DNA of 64,000 nucleotides, from the NCBI GenBank assembly GCA_964437735.1, contig CAYTID010000001.1, forward strand, positions 8,169-72,168, given 5' to 3'. The notes under the pieces were generated by a model. That model saw nothing but the letters and a program-made list of their open reading frames with translations. It ran no database searches and had not been told where the DNA came from. The translations under genes and the position numbers were made by a program. This DNA is from an uncultured Ignavibacteriaceae bacterium. Its GTDB lineage: Bacteria; Bacteroidota; Ignavibacteria; UBA10030; BY39. Below, in pieces: positions 31,829 through 41,482 of the stretch (position 1 is the first letter of the stretch; the number at the start of each line of letters is the position of its first letter).

Positions 31829-32248
31829 TTAATATTTCTTATTTGTTTCGAGATAACTTTGAAGAATCAGGGCGGCAGCCATTTCATCAATCTTCGATTT
31901 ATTTTGCCGGGCTTTTTTTCTGACTCCCATCCGGATAAGTGTTTGCTGAGCAATCGACGATGTATAACGCTCATCCCATTTTATTATATTTTTTTCGGTC
32001 GCCTGTTGCAGGTCACTGATAAATTTTTCAACTTCCAATGCTTTCCCGCCTATTTCTCCTTTCAAATTAAGAGGAAGTCCGACCACAATATCGGATACTT
32101 CATACCGATCTGCCAATTCCTTTATAATTTGCAAAGCATTATTATCATTTGAGATAACCTTTAGCCCTGTCGCTATAATCATCAACGGATCGCTGACCGC
32201 TATACCGATCCTTTTTGTTCCGTAATCTATTCCAAGTATTCTTTTCAA
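31829..32248 (-). CDS. ruvX: Putative pre-16S rRNA nuclease / Holliday-junction resolvase-like YqgF
   Basis: MKRILGIDYGTKRIGIAVSD. 139 aa. Confidence 0.85.
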   Translation of the reverse strand: MKRILGIDYGTKRIGIAVSDPLMIIATGLKVISNDNNALQIIKELADRYEVSDIVVGLPLNLKGEIGGKALEVEKFISDLQQATEKNIIKWDERYTSSIAQQTLIRMGVRKKARQNKSKIDEMAAALILQSYLETNKKY

Positions 32249-32261
32249 TTTGATAAAATAA

Positions 32262-34448
32262 TTAGTTTTCTAAACGAACCGCCTGCCTCACACCTTTAAT
32301 TTTTTTTAGTTTTTCCATCATTCTGATAAGATGTTCGGTGTTCTTTACATTAATAATGATAGTGCCTTCAAATAATGAATCATGAGCATGAAGATCGATC
32401 CCTCTGATATTTGTACTTTGATATGTCGAAATCGTATGCGTAATATCGGTTAACAGTCCGGTTCGATCTTCACCAGAAATTTTTATCGCAGAGATGAATT
32501 CCGCCTCACCTGTGTCGGGCCAATCAACCGCAACTATCCGGTTCGGATCGGAATTGGAAACATTTTTAAAATTTACACAATTCTTCCGGTGAATTTTTAT
32601 CCCCTCCCCGACGGTTACATAACCTGCTATAGGATCGCCGGGAATTGGATTACAGCATTTTGCAAAATTATGAAGATAATTTTCCTGCGTTCCGAATAAT
32701 TTAATGCCTGAAGAAATATTTCTAACTGTATCTATAAATTTTTCGAACGTATCTTTGACGCCTACAATATTCTCTTCTACCTTAATGGGATTATCTATAA
32801 GATGTTTCACTTCCCTAGCCATAACCTCCGGATTTAATTCGGAAGTATTTATTTTGATATAAAATTCCTGTAGATTTTTTACCGATACAATTTTTTGTAT
32901 GTAGCTTAACAACTCATCATCGTTAATATTGATACGATGTTTTTTTGCACGCTTGATCCATTTTTCGTGTCCGTCCGAGCATTGTTTGCGCTGTTCCTCT
33001 TTAAACCATTTCCTTATATGGGATTTTGCTTTATGAGTTACTAAAATTTTTTCCCAATCGATACTCGGTGTTTGATTTTTTGATGTTATTATTTCCACCT
33101 GATCGCCGCTAATCAATTTTGAATCAAGCGGAACTATTTTTCCGTTGACCTTCGCACCTATACAGTGGAATCCGACTTTTGAATGAACTTCGAAAGCGAA
33201 ATCAATGGGTGTTGCCCCTTTTGGAAGTACTTTTAAATCTCCTTTTGGAGTAAATACAAAAATTTCATCCTGATACAAGTTTAATTTAAAACTCTCGATG
33301 ATTTGTTTAACCGGAGTATCTTCAGTAGCCTGTTCAAAAATTTCCCTTACCGAATTGATCCAATTATCGATTTCACTTTCGCCCGAATCCTTCCCCTCTT
33401 TGTATTTCCAGTGAGCGGCAATTCCCCTTTCGGCAATTTCATGCATTTGTCTTGTTCTAATTTGAACTTCTACCCTCTTTCCTTCAAGACCCGAAACCTG
33501 TACATGAATTGATTTGTACCCATTGGATTTTGGAGTCGAAATATAATTCTTTAAACTGCCGGGAACTAATTGATATATGTCTCCCAGCAAACCGACAGCC
33601 GTATAACAATCCTGTTTGTTCTCAGTCTCTAAGATAATACGAACAGCGAACAAATCATGCAATTCATCCATGGTTTTTGATTGTTTTTGCATTTTTGAAT
33701 AAATGCTGTGGATATGCTTCGGTCTGCCATAGATTTCAAATTCAAAACCTTCTTCCTTAAGACGATGTTCAATTGGTTTAATAAATCGATTTATATAATG
33801 TTCTCTCTCGCGTCTCTTAGCTTTAAGATTTCTTGAAATAGTTTCATATTCAACGGGATTCATGTTTTTAAATGCCAGATCTTCAAATTCCCATTTAACT
33901 TTTGCAAGTCCGAATCTATGAGCAAATGGTGCATAGATCTCCAGCGTATCCTGAGCAATTCGACCTCTTTTTTCCAACGGAAGAAATTCCAACGTTCTCA
34001 TATTGTGCAAACGGTCAGCAAATTTAATTAGAATAACTCTGATATCATCAACCATAGATAAGAGCATTTTACGAAAGCTTTCCGCCTGTGTTATCTCATG
34101 ACTTTTGAATATATCGGTGATTTTTGTTGCCCCGTCAACAATATCAGCAATGGTTGAGCCGAATTCCTGTCGGATATCTTTGATTTCGTAATCGGTATCT
34201 TCGGCAACATCGTGTAATAGTGCAGCCGCAACTGAAATATCATCGAGAGGGATTTCTTTAACAACAATCAAAGAAACTTCATATGGGTGATTGAAAAACG
34301 GCTCTCCTGAAGCTCTTAAATCCTGTTTATGAGCGGAAAGACTGAATTCAAAAGCCCTGCGGATAAGGTCTTCGTCAACTCTCCTTAAATTCCGTTTACA
34401 AGCTAAAATAAGGTCGTCTAACTTCTTTTTATAAAATGTTGTGCGCAT
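32262..34448 (-). CDS. relA/spoT: Bifunctional (p)ppGpp synthetase/hydrolase
   Basis: HD hydrolase domain (HD motif in AALLHDVAEDT), synthetase domain, TGS and ACT regions. 728 aa. Confidence 0.9.
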   Translation of the reverse strand: MRTTFYKKKLDDLILACKRNLRRVDEDLIRRAFEFSLSAHKQDLRASGEPFFNHPYEVSLIVVKEIPLDDISVAAALLHDVAEDTDYEIKDIRQEFGSTIADIVDGATKITDIFKSHEITQAESFRKMLLSMVDDIRVILIKFADRLHNMRTLEFLPLEKRGRIAQDTLEIYAPFAHRFGLAKVKWEFEDLAFKNMNPVEYETISRNLKAKRREREHYINRFIKPIEHRLKEEGFEFEIYGRPKHIHSIYSKMQKQSKTMDELHDLFAVRIILETENKQDCYTAVGLLGDIYQLVPGSLKNYISTPKSNGYKSIHVQVSGLEGKRVEVQIRTRQMHEIAERGIAAHWKYKEGKDSGESEIDNWINSVREIFEQATEDTPVKQIIESFKLNLYQDEIFVFTPKGDLKVLPKGATPIDFAFEVHSKVGFHCIGAKVNGKIVPLDSKLISGDQVEIITSKNQTPSIDWEKILVTHKAKSHIRKWFKEEQRKQCSDGHEKWIKRAKKHRININDDELLSYIQKIVSVKNLQEFYIKINTSELNPEVMAREVKHLIDNPIKVEENIVGVKDTFEKFIDTVRNISSGIKLFGTQENYLHNFAKCCNPIPGDPIAGYVTVGEGIKIHRKNCVNFKNVSNSDPNRIVAVDWPDTGEAEFISAIKISGEDRTGLLTDITHTISTYQSTNIRGIDLHAHDSLFEGTIIINVKNTEHLIRMMEKLKKIKGVRQAVRLEN

Positions 34449-34561
34449 AGGTTTCTACTTAAAATATAACTTGAGCATATGATAATGTCAAATATGTAGA
34501 GACCTGTCGGTGAAATAAAAAAAGCAGTATGATAGAATATTTTAGGTCCTAATACTCTATC

Positions 34562-35215
34562 TCACTCATCAGCCGTTCCGAACATCCGGTCCCCGGCATC
34601 TCCCAGTCCCGGCAGTATATATCCTTTTTTATTTAATTCACGATCCATAGCTGTTGTATAAATAACAACTTCAGGATGCATTGAATGCAATGTATCGATA
34701 CCCTGAGGAGCAGCTACAATACTAACAAACTTTATCTTCTCGGCTCCCTTTTGTTTTAAGAATGTGACCGCTGCCGCTCCGCTTCCTCCGGTCGCTAACA
34801 TTGGATCTAATATTACAACAAGCGAATTTTTCATGTTTTTCGGAAATTTGAAATAGTAATCGACAGGTTTTAATGTTTCTTCGTCTCTGTATAAACCGAT
34901 ATGTCCAACTTTGGCATCCGGAAGATATTCGACAAAACCACCGACCAAACCGAGTCCTGCCCTCAATACGGGAACCAATATAACTTTTTCGGCTGTGATA
35001 TACCCTACAGATTTTTCCAAAGGAGTGAAAATTGTTTCTTCCCTAACCGTTAAATCTTTGGTTACTTCGTAAGCCATCAATCCAGCAAGTCGCCGTAATA
35101 CAGCGCGGAACTGAAAACTCGGCGTGTGTTTATCTCTCAACAGCGTTAAGTCTCTCTTAATCAGAGGATGATCGATGATTACAAGATTTTTCGATAGATT
35201 TTTTTTATGAGACAT
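34562..35215 (-). CDS. upp: Uracil phosphoribosyltransferase
   Basis: PRPP-binding VILDPMLATGGSG. 217 aa. Confidence 0.9.
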   Translation of the reverse strand: MSHKKNLSKNLVIIDHPLIKRDLTLLRDKHTPSFQFRAVLRRLAGLMAYEVTKDLTVREETIFTPLEKSVGYITAEKVILVPVLRAGLGLVGGFVEYLPDAKVGHIGLYRDEETLKPVDYYFKFPKNMKNSLVVILDPMLATGGSGAAAVTFLKQKGAEKIKFVSIVAAPQGIDTLHSMHPEVVIYTTAMDRELNKKGYILPGLGDAGDRMFGTADE

Positions 35216-35229
35216 TTTTCAAACTCCAC

Positions 35230-36594
35230 TTAGTAATTACTAAATTTTTGTTTAATTTTATTTGCAGCAATTAATATCGGATCATAAAGAGGTGAATTAT
35301 TGGGAAAATATATTAAATCCAGATTAGAAATTTGATCGACTGTCAGTTTTTGCTGAATTGCAGAGCCTAAAATATTTGCGCGTAAAATTGCCCCCTCTTC
35401 TCCGAAAACATTCGCCCCCAATAATCTTCCGGTTTTTTGATCTGCAATCAATTTTAATGTAATTTTTTTACTTCCGGGCATGAATGAAACCTTGGAATAT
35501 GAATGGACTGTTTCACTGATTGTTTTGTAACCGAATTTAACTACATCCGAAAAACTCAAACCTACTCTTGCGACCTCAAGTCCGAACACTTTCATTCCGG
35601 AGGAGTTGATTGCACCCTCAAACTTTACTCTTCCTCCTGCGGCATTTATACCTGCGATTCTGCCTGTTTTAGCTGCTAAAGACGCAAGCGGAATATAAGC
35701 CGGTTTACCGGTCACTATATTTTTTACTTCGCAGCAATCACCGGCAGCATAGATACTATCAATATTCGTTTCTTGCATATTATTCACAAAGATTGCTCCG
35801 GTGGTTCCAAGTCTTAAACCGATTTTTTTCGTATAACTTACATTCGGATAAACTCCTATTGAAATCACTATCAAGCCGGCTTCATAAGTTCCTTTATTCG
35901 TTAACACGTATCCGATTTTCTCTTTACCCGATTTTATCAATGCTTCGGTTTTCGATTTGCCGAAAAATTCAATATTGTTTTGTTTTAATTGGTCGAGTAT
36001 CTTTTCTCGTACTTCGGTTTCAAAGTTATCCAATGGTAAGTCAGTATCGTGAACGATTTGAACTCTGATATTTCTTTTATGGAATGCTTCTGCCAATTCG
36101 ATCCCGATCATCCCCCCGCCAATGATTACAACTTGTTCAGTTTTTTCAGTCTTGAGAAAATTTATAATATTTCTAACATCATCTCTTGATCTCAAATTAA
36201 AAACATTTCTGAAATCTTCATTTTCCAGATTGAGTCTTTTAGGGGAAGCGCCGGTTGCCAGAATTAATTTGTCGTAACTATAATCTTTTACCTCTCCGGA
36301 ATTTAAATCGCGCACGGTAATTTTTTTTTTTTGAGATTGTAATTTTTCAAAACGATGGAATGTTTTGACAATTATCCCTTTTTCGGCTGCAAGTTTTTCC
36401 GGAGAATAAATTTCCAACAAATTTTCATCCTTAATATCGCCGCCAATCACATACGGAGATTCACAAATCCCGTAGGATACAGTCCCCGATTGTTCGAACA
36501 ATATTACTTCAGCGTGGGGATTGGTTTTTGCAGCCTGAGCAGCTGCGCTCGGACCTGCAGCTAAACCTCCTATTACTATAATTTTCTTAGTCAT
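35230..36594 (-). CDS. FAD-dependent pyridine nucleotide-disulfide oxidoreductase (CoA-disulfide reductase / NADH oxidase family, single redox Cys)
   Basis: N-terminal FAD Rossmann (KIIVIGGLAAGPSAA), single Cys motif VSYGICESPY, a second NAD Rossmann (VVIIGGGMIGIELAE). 454 aa. Confidence 0.75.
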   Translation of the reverse strand: MTKKIIVIGGLAAGPSAAAQAAKTNPHAEVILFEQSGTVSYGICESPYVIGGDIKDENLLEIYSPEKLAAEKGIIVKTFHRFEKLQSQKKKITVRDLNSGEVKDYSYDKLILATGASPKRLNLENEDFRNVFNLRSRDDVRNIINFLKTEKTEQVVIIGGGMIGIELAEAFHKRNIRVQIVHDTDLPLDNFETEVREKILDQLKQNNIEFFGKSKTEALIKSGKEKIGYVLTNKGTYEAGLIVISIGVYPNVSYTKKIGLRLGTTGAIFVNNMQETNIDSIYAAGDCCEVKNIVTGKPAYIPLASLAAKTGRIAGINAAGGRVKFEGAINSSGMKVFGLEVARVGLSFSDVVKFGYKTISETVHSYSKVSFMPGSKKITLKLIADQKTGRLLGANVFGEEGAILRANILGSAIQQKLTVDQISNLDLIYFPNNSPLYDPILIAANKIKQKFSNY

Positions 36595-37898
36595 TTTTTC
36601 TTGAAATTTAATACTATCGGAACTCCGTTATAAATAAAATGTTCTCTGATTTTATTTTCCAGAAATCTTATATAATTCTGCTGTATTAACGTTGGATTAT
36701 TTGTAAAAAAAGAAAATACCGGCGGTTTTACCTTCACTTGCATTACATGCTTGATCTTGATTTCTTTTCCGCTTTGCGATGAAGGCGGATTTTTGCTTAT
36801 CACTTCCAGTATGATATTATTCAACTGCGAAGTCGGTATTCTTTTGTAAAGTTCGCTATTTATTGTTTTGGCAATTTCGAGTGTTTTAAAGATTCTTTGT
36901 TTTGTAAATGCTGAAATAAATATTACCGGTGCATAATCAAATTGACGCAACAAATTTTTTACTCCCAATTCAAATTTTCTTGCAGTCGCGGTATCCTTTT
37001 CTATCAAATCCCATTTGTTGACGCAAATCATAAATCCCCTTTTCCGCTGTACTATCTTCTCGACGATGTGCAAATCCTGCTTATCCATCCCCTGGTTTGC
37101 ATCACAAATCAGCATCGCTACATCGCACCGTTCAATACTTTTAATTGTCCTGAGCGTACTGTAAAATTCTATATTTTCTTTAATGCGGCTCTTTCGTCTT
37201 AACCCGGCCGTATCAATCAATAAAAACTCTTCACCGTAATATTTAAGCACTGAATCGATCGGATCGCGCGTAGTACCGGCAATGGGTGTTACAATATTCC
37301 TGTCTTGTCCTAATAGCGCATTTACAAATGATGATTTCCCGACATTTGGTTTTCCGACAACTGCTAATTTTAATCGTTGGTCTTTATCAATTTTTTCTCT
37401 TTTGGGGATATCTTTTGTAATTAAATCAAGAAAATCACCGATTTTTCTTCCTCCGAGTGCGGCAAGTGAAAATGGATCACCTAAACCAAGTTTGAAAAAT
37501 TGAGCTGTGTTGATTTCAGCGGCAGCATTATCGACCTTATTGATGACTAAATATATTTTTTTTGCAGACTTCCTCAAAATATTCGCAATATCCTCATCGA
37601 GTTGTGAAATACCGTCTTTGGCATCGCACATAAATATCACCGAATTTGCCTCTTCGATTGCGATTTGAGCGTGTTCGCGCATTGCCTGTTCTATGATGTC
37701 GCTCGCCCTCGGAATATACCCACCTGTATCTACAAGCGTAAATGTTTTTCCCGTCCATTCAGCTTCTGAATAATGACGATCGCGCGTAACGCCGGGAGTA
37801 TCATCAACGATAGCGTTACGTTGTCCGATTATTCGATTAAATAATGTCGATTTTCCTACGTTGGGTCTGCCAACTATTGTTATTATATAATCAGTCAT
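36591..37898 (-). CDS. der: Ribosome-biogenesis GTPase Der (EngA), tandem GTPase domains plus KH-like domain
   Basis: Two G1 motifs (GRPNVGKST and GKPNVGKSS). 435 aa. Confidence 0.9.
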   Translation of the reverse strand: MTDYIITIVGRPNVGKSTLFNRIIGQRNAIVDDTPGVTRDRHYSEAEWTGKTFTLVDTGGYIPRASDIIEQAMREHAQIAIEEANSVIFMCDAKDGISQLDEDIANILRKSAKKIYLVINKVDNAAAEINTAQFFKLGLGDPFSLAALGGRKIGDFLDLITKDIPKREKIDKDQRLKLAVVGKPNVGKSSFVNALLGQDRNIVTPIAGTTRDPIDSVLKYYGEEFLLIDTAGLRRKSRIKENIEFYSTLRTIKSIERCDVAMLICDANQGMDKQDLHIVEKIVQRKRGFMICVNKWDLIEKDTATARKFELGVKNLLRQFDYAPVIFISAFTKQRIFKTLEIAKTINSELYKRIPTSQLNNIILEVISKNPPSSQSGKEIKIKHVMQVKVKPPVFSFFTNNPTLIQQNYIRFLENKIREHFIYNGVPIVLNFKKK

Positions 37899-37971
37899 AC
37901 GTTGTAAATTGTCTGAGTATGATAGTTAATTTTATTTAATATTACAAAAAGATTTTTTTACTAATCCAATT

Positions 37972-38391
37972 TCAGATATTTTTTGCAAATTTCGTTATCT
38001 GAGAAATCTGCTGATTGAAATTTTCAAAACCGCTGGATTTACTTATATAACCTGCCGCACCGGTTTGAAAAGCATAATTCACGTCATCTTCCCGGTCGGA
38101 AGTACTGACGATAATTACAGGAATTTCTTTAAGCTTTTTATCGGCTTTGAGAATTCTCAAAACTTCTCTCCCATCGCATCGGGGAAGATTTAAATCCAAT
38201 AAAATTAAATCCGGTGTGGGAATTTCAGTTCTGTGAATAAATATATCGGTTCTAAATAAAATATCCAGCGCTTCCTGACCATCAACCGCAAAATAAAAGT
38301 CTGCATCTACATTATTTCTCTTTAACACATATTGCAGAATTTTTAAATGCGAAGCATTATCTTCTATAATAAGTATTTTAGGCTTTTTCAA
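37972..38391 (-). CDS. Stand-alone response-regulator receiver domain (CheY-like)
   Basis: Phospho-acceptor context LILLDLNLP, conserved T (IIVSTSD) and K (GYISK). No output domain. 139 aa. Confidence 0.8.
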   Translation of the reverse strand: MKKPKILIIEDNASHLKILQYVLKRNNVDADFYFAVDGQEALDILFRTDIFIHRTEIPTPDLILLDLNLPRCDGREVLRILKADKKLKEIPVIIVSTSDREDDVNYAFQTGAAGYISKSSGFENFNQQISQITKFAKNI

Positions 38392-38400
38392 TTTTATATG

Positions 38401-40074
38401 CTATCCCCGGATCAATTTTTTATATCTGATTCGATGAGGTCTGTCGGTTTCAAGTCCCAGAACTTTCCTGCGATGTTCTTCATACTCTGAATAATTTCCA
38501 TCGAACCATACCGCCTTACTATCTCCTTCAAATGCTAAAATGTGTGTGGCTACCCGGTCGAGAAACCAGCGATCGTGCGAAATTATAACAGCACATCCGG
38601 CAAAATTCATTAATGCTTCCTCGAGTGCGCGAAGAGTATTTACATCAAGATCATTTGTCGGTTCATCGAGCAGTAAAACGTTTGCGCCTTGTTTTAAAAC
38701 TTTGGCAAGATGCACCCTGTTTCTCTCGCCTCCCGATAGCACACCGCATAATTTTTGCTGGTCAGTTCCGCTGAAGTTGAACCTTGCAACATAAGCACGT
38801 GAATTTATTTCCCGATTACCCAATGAAATCAAATCTTCTCCACCCGAAATCTCCTGCCATATCGATTTTTGCGGATCGAGCGGTCGATTTTGATCGACAT
38901 AAGCAAGTTTTACGGTTTCACCAAGGATTATTTCCCCTTTATCAGGTTTTTCCTGAGAGGTAATCATTCGGAAAAGAGTCGTCTTTCCGGCTCCATTCGG
39001 ACCGATAATACCAATAATCCCTCCGGCTGGAAGAGTGAAATTTAAATCTTCATAAAGCAAAATATCCCCGTACGACTTGACTACATTTTCAGCCTGAATA
39101 ACAATATCACCTAAACGTGGACCTGAGGGAATATATATCTCAATTTCTTCCTGACGTTTTTGATTATCTTCCGCAAGCATTTTTTCATACGAACTTATCC
39201 TTGCTTTGCTTTTTGCATGACGTCCTTTGGGATTAAGTCTGATCCACTCCAACTCTCGCTGTAATACTTTCTGCCTCTTAGATTCCTGTTTTTCTTCGAC
39301 CGACAAACGTGCTTTTTTCTGTTCAAGCCATGATGAATAGTTCCCCTCAAAAGGAATCCCTTCTCCTCTGTCAAGCTCCAGAATCCATCCTGCAACGTTA
39401 TCAAGAAAGTAACGATCGTGCGTAACAGCGATGACCGTTCCTTTATATTGAGAAAGATGCTGCTCAAGCCATCCTACAGATTCAGCATCAAGATGGTTTG
39501 TCGGTTCATCAAGGAGTAAAACATCAGGTTCCTGAAGTAACAGACGGCAAAGCGCAACGCGCCGCCGTTCGCCGCCTGATATTATTGACACAGATGTTTC
39601 GGGTGGCGGACAACGAAGCGCATCCATCGCTTGTTCAAGCTTGCTATCGATATCCCACGCTCCAAGATGATCAATCTTCTCCTGAAGTTTTGCCTGCTGC
39701 TCAAGTAAAACATCGAAATCTGCGTCAGGGTCTCCGAACTTTGCGTTAATAGCCTCATATTCCTTCAGTAAGTTAACAGTCTCGCGTGCACCCTCCTCGA
39801 CTATTTCCCGTACAGTTTTTGATTGATCTAATTCAGGTTCCTGAGGAAGATAACCAAATGTGATTCCTTTCTGAGCTGTTATCTGACCGAGATAATCTTT
39901 GTCAACTCCGGCAATTATCCGGAGCAATGTACTTTTTCCGGAACCGTTTAAACCAAGCACACCTATTTTTGCTCCATAATAAAAAGATAGATATATGTCT
40001 TTTAAAACCTGTTTATTCGGTTTGTGAACTTTGCCAACACCTATCATTGAAAATATTATTTTTGTATCACTCAT
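38401..40074 (-). CDS. ettA: ABC-F family ATPase, energy-dependent translational throttle EttA-like
   Basis: Two ABC cassettes with Walker A (GLNGSGKST, GPNGAGKTT) and LSGGE signatures, no TMs. N-terminus matches EttA/YjjK. 557 aa. Confidence 0.85.
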   Translation of the reverse strand: MSDTKIIFSMIGVGKVHKPNKQVLKDIYLSFYYGAKIGVLGLNGSGKSTLLRIIAGVDKDYLGQITAQKGITFGYLPQEPELDQSKTVREIVEEGARETVNLLKEYEAINAKFGDPDADFDVLLEQQAKLQEKIDHLGAWDIDSKLEQAMDALRCPPPETSVSIISGGERRRVALCRLLLQEPDVLLLDEPTNHLDAESVGWLEQHLSQYKGTVIAVTHDRYFLDNVAGWILELDRGEGIPFEGNYSSWLEQKKARLSVEEKQESKRQKVLQRELEWIRLNPKGRHAKSKARISSYEKMLAEDNQKRQEEIEIYIPSGPRLGDIVIQAENVVKSYGDILLYEDLNFTLPAGGIIGIIGPNGAGKTTLFRMITSQEKPDKGEIILGETVKLAYVDQNRPLDPQKSIWQEISGGEDLISLGNREINSRAYVARFNFSGTDQQKLCGVLSGGERNRVHLAKVLKQGANVLLLDEPTNDLDVNTLRALEEALMNFAGCAVIISHDRWFLDRVATHILAFEGDSKAVWFDGNYSEYEEHRRKVLGLETDRPHRIRYKKLIRG

Positions 40075-40085
40075 ATCAAATTTTA

Positions 40086-41000
40086 TTAATGTTTATATTC
40101 AGTATATTTTTTCTCTCCCGCTTCAATCCGCAAATTCAGATAATTTTGTTCAGGCGGTAACGGACACGTGGCGAATTCAGAAAAAACACAAGGCGGATTG
40201 TAAGATTTATTAAAATCAAGAACAACTATATTTTCCGAATCGGGTAAGCTAGTATAAAGGTAACGCCCCATACCGTATGTTTCCTTTCCGCTTGTCAGAT
40301 CATTAAAAATTATAAACAAGTTGTTTCCATCTTTCAACGCATCTAGCTCATGGATTTTACCATCAACCTCAAATGAAATCGCCCCCGTACAAGTATCGTT
40401 ATTAACCTGATTGAGTATATTAACTATCGGTATGATTTTGGGCGGTATGTAGGGGATAAAATCTGCCTCGAATCTCCAATCGGGATTAATTTCAAAATAT
40501 TCTAATCCTTTAAAATTCAGAAATGAAGGATTTTTATTGTCCTTCAATCTAACGCCAACCTGTTCGCCCCTTTTAATAATATAAAATGTAAATGATTCAT
40601 GTTTCATAATTGTTGGATTTGCTTTCCCGTCTCCATCTGACAGAAGCTGAATTTCGGTTACAAGAGAATCATTCACAGTTATTTTTACATCCTTTGCAGC
40701 TTTGAGATGCATATTCCCATTATCAAGATAAATAGAGCCAATATAGTTTAGAGTTCTGCCTTGCGGGAAAATAACTTTATTTGAAGAATCAGCTCCCATT
40801 TTATTTTCGCCTTCGGTAAGCCAAAACAGTCCTGTGAGAGTCAGCCAACTATCCGGTAGCTTAAGCCGATCATTACGTTTTTTCTGCCACTCTTGAATTT
40901 CAGAACGATATTCAAGAACATTGAAATTCTTAGTTTTACTGCAATTAAAAATTGTGAACGACAGTATTGATATTAATATAAAAAAGGATATGTATTTCAT
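40086..41000 (-). CDS. Hypothetical lipoprotein, possibly DUF1684 family
   Basis: Lipobox (FNCS). N-terminal motif ...WQKKRNDRLKLPDSWLTLTGLFWL resembles the DUF1684 signature as I recall it. Weak call. Confidence 0.4.
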   Translation of the reverse strand: MKYISFFILISILSFTIFNCSKTKNFNVLEYRSEIQEWQKKRNDRLKLPDSWLTLTGLFWLTEGENKMGADSSNKVIFPQGRTLNYIGSIYLDNGNMHLKAAKDVKITVNDSLVTEIQLLSDGDGKANPTIMKHESFTFYIIKRGEQVGVRLKDNKNPSFLNFKGLEYFEINPDWRFEADFIPYIPPKIIPIVNILNQVNNDTCTGAISFEVDGKIHELDALKDGNNLFIIFNDLTSGKETYGMGRYLYTSLPDSENIVVLDFNKSYNPPCVFSEFATCPLPPEQNYLNLRIEAGEKKYTEYKH

Positions 41001-41097
41001 ATGACAATTTATTTAATGGAAATATACAAAATTCTTAGATAAAATTTAAGGTGGGAGTGATTTTTATTAAGGAATCACAATTTGGAATATTAAGAAT

Positions 41098-41122
41098 AAA
41101 AAAAGCCGAAACACAAGTTTCG
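41098..41122 (-). terminator. Rho-independent terminator ending the tRNA-Pro/tandem-repeat transcription unit
   Basis: Stem cgaaac/gtttcg with loop acaa at 41107-41122. On the plus strand it is preceded by A7 (41098-41104), which is a U7 tail on the minus strand. Confidence 0.55.
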
Positions 41123-41129
41123 ATCTCCA

Positions 41130-41306
41130 TGTCGGGGCGGCCCCAAAGGGGCAAGCGGGATTTTGCGCCGGAGGCGCATCAGCCTTCGGCTGAGGACCTA
41201 CAACCTCTTTTAATTTTGTCGGGGCTGCCCCCCGAAGGGACAAGCGGGATTTTGCGCCGGAGGCGCATCAACCTTCGGCTGAGAACCTACGACCTCTTTT
41301 CATTTT
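41130..41306 (-). repeat. Two tandem, roughly 88-nt GC-rich structured repeats (41130-41216 and 41217-41306) downstream of tRNA-Pro; each contains fragments of the tRNA-Pro 3' half
   Basis: Copies are about 90% identical. Each begins (plus strand) with tgtcggggc (the tRNA 3' acceptor end) and contains gcgggattt (T-arm) and gacctctt. Between these lie GC hairpins (gcgcc-gga-ggcgc; cagcc-ttcg-ggctg). Confidence 0.7.
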
Positions 41307-41308
41307 GT

Positions 41309-41382
41309 CGGGGCGGCGGGATTTGAACCCGCGACCTCTTGGTCCCGAACCAAGCGCGCTAGCCGGGCTGCGCTACGCCCCG
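41309..41382 (-). tRNA. tRNA-Pro (anticodon CGG)
   Basis: The reverse complement reads CGGGGCGTAGCGCAGCCCGGCTAGCGCGCTTGGTTCGGGACCAAGAGGTCGCGGGTTCAAATCCCGCCGCCCCGA. Acceptor stem CGGGGCG/CGCCCCG, anticodon stem CTTGG/CCAAG with loop TTCGGGA, T-loop TTCAAAT. Confidence 0.85.
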
Positions 41383-41482
41383 TTTTCTAAATTTCGTAGT
41401 ACGAATTTCGAAATACGAATATTGATAATTCAATCAGATTTAAAAATTTTCATTTGAAAGATACTAAAGATAAACAGAAAAA

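Noticed and set aside
37972-40074. Orphan CheY-like receiver next to EttA, considered as a possible novel regulatory pair.
   Set aside because: Stand-alone receivers are common, and EttA is a housekeeping ABC-F factor. There is no shared signature, and the 9-nt spacing alone does not imply a functional system.
41130-41306. Considered whether the two 88-nt repeats are additional tRNA genes or tRNA pseudogenes.
   Set aside because: They share only the acceptor 3' end, the T-arm and the AAGAGGTC fragments. There is no complementary 5' acceptor strand and no anticodon-arm equivalent, so they do not fold as cloverleaves by hand. They were kept as structured repeats instead.
41051-41326. 91-aa plus-strand ORF (MGVIFIKESQFG...).
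   Set aside because: It spans the terminator, both GC-rich tandem repeats and the tRNA-Pro 3' end. Its Arg/Gly/Pro-rich translation is just the GC-rich repeat read through.
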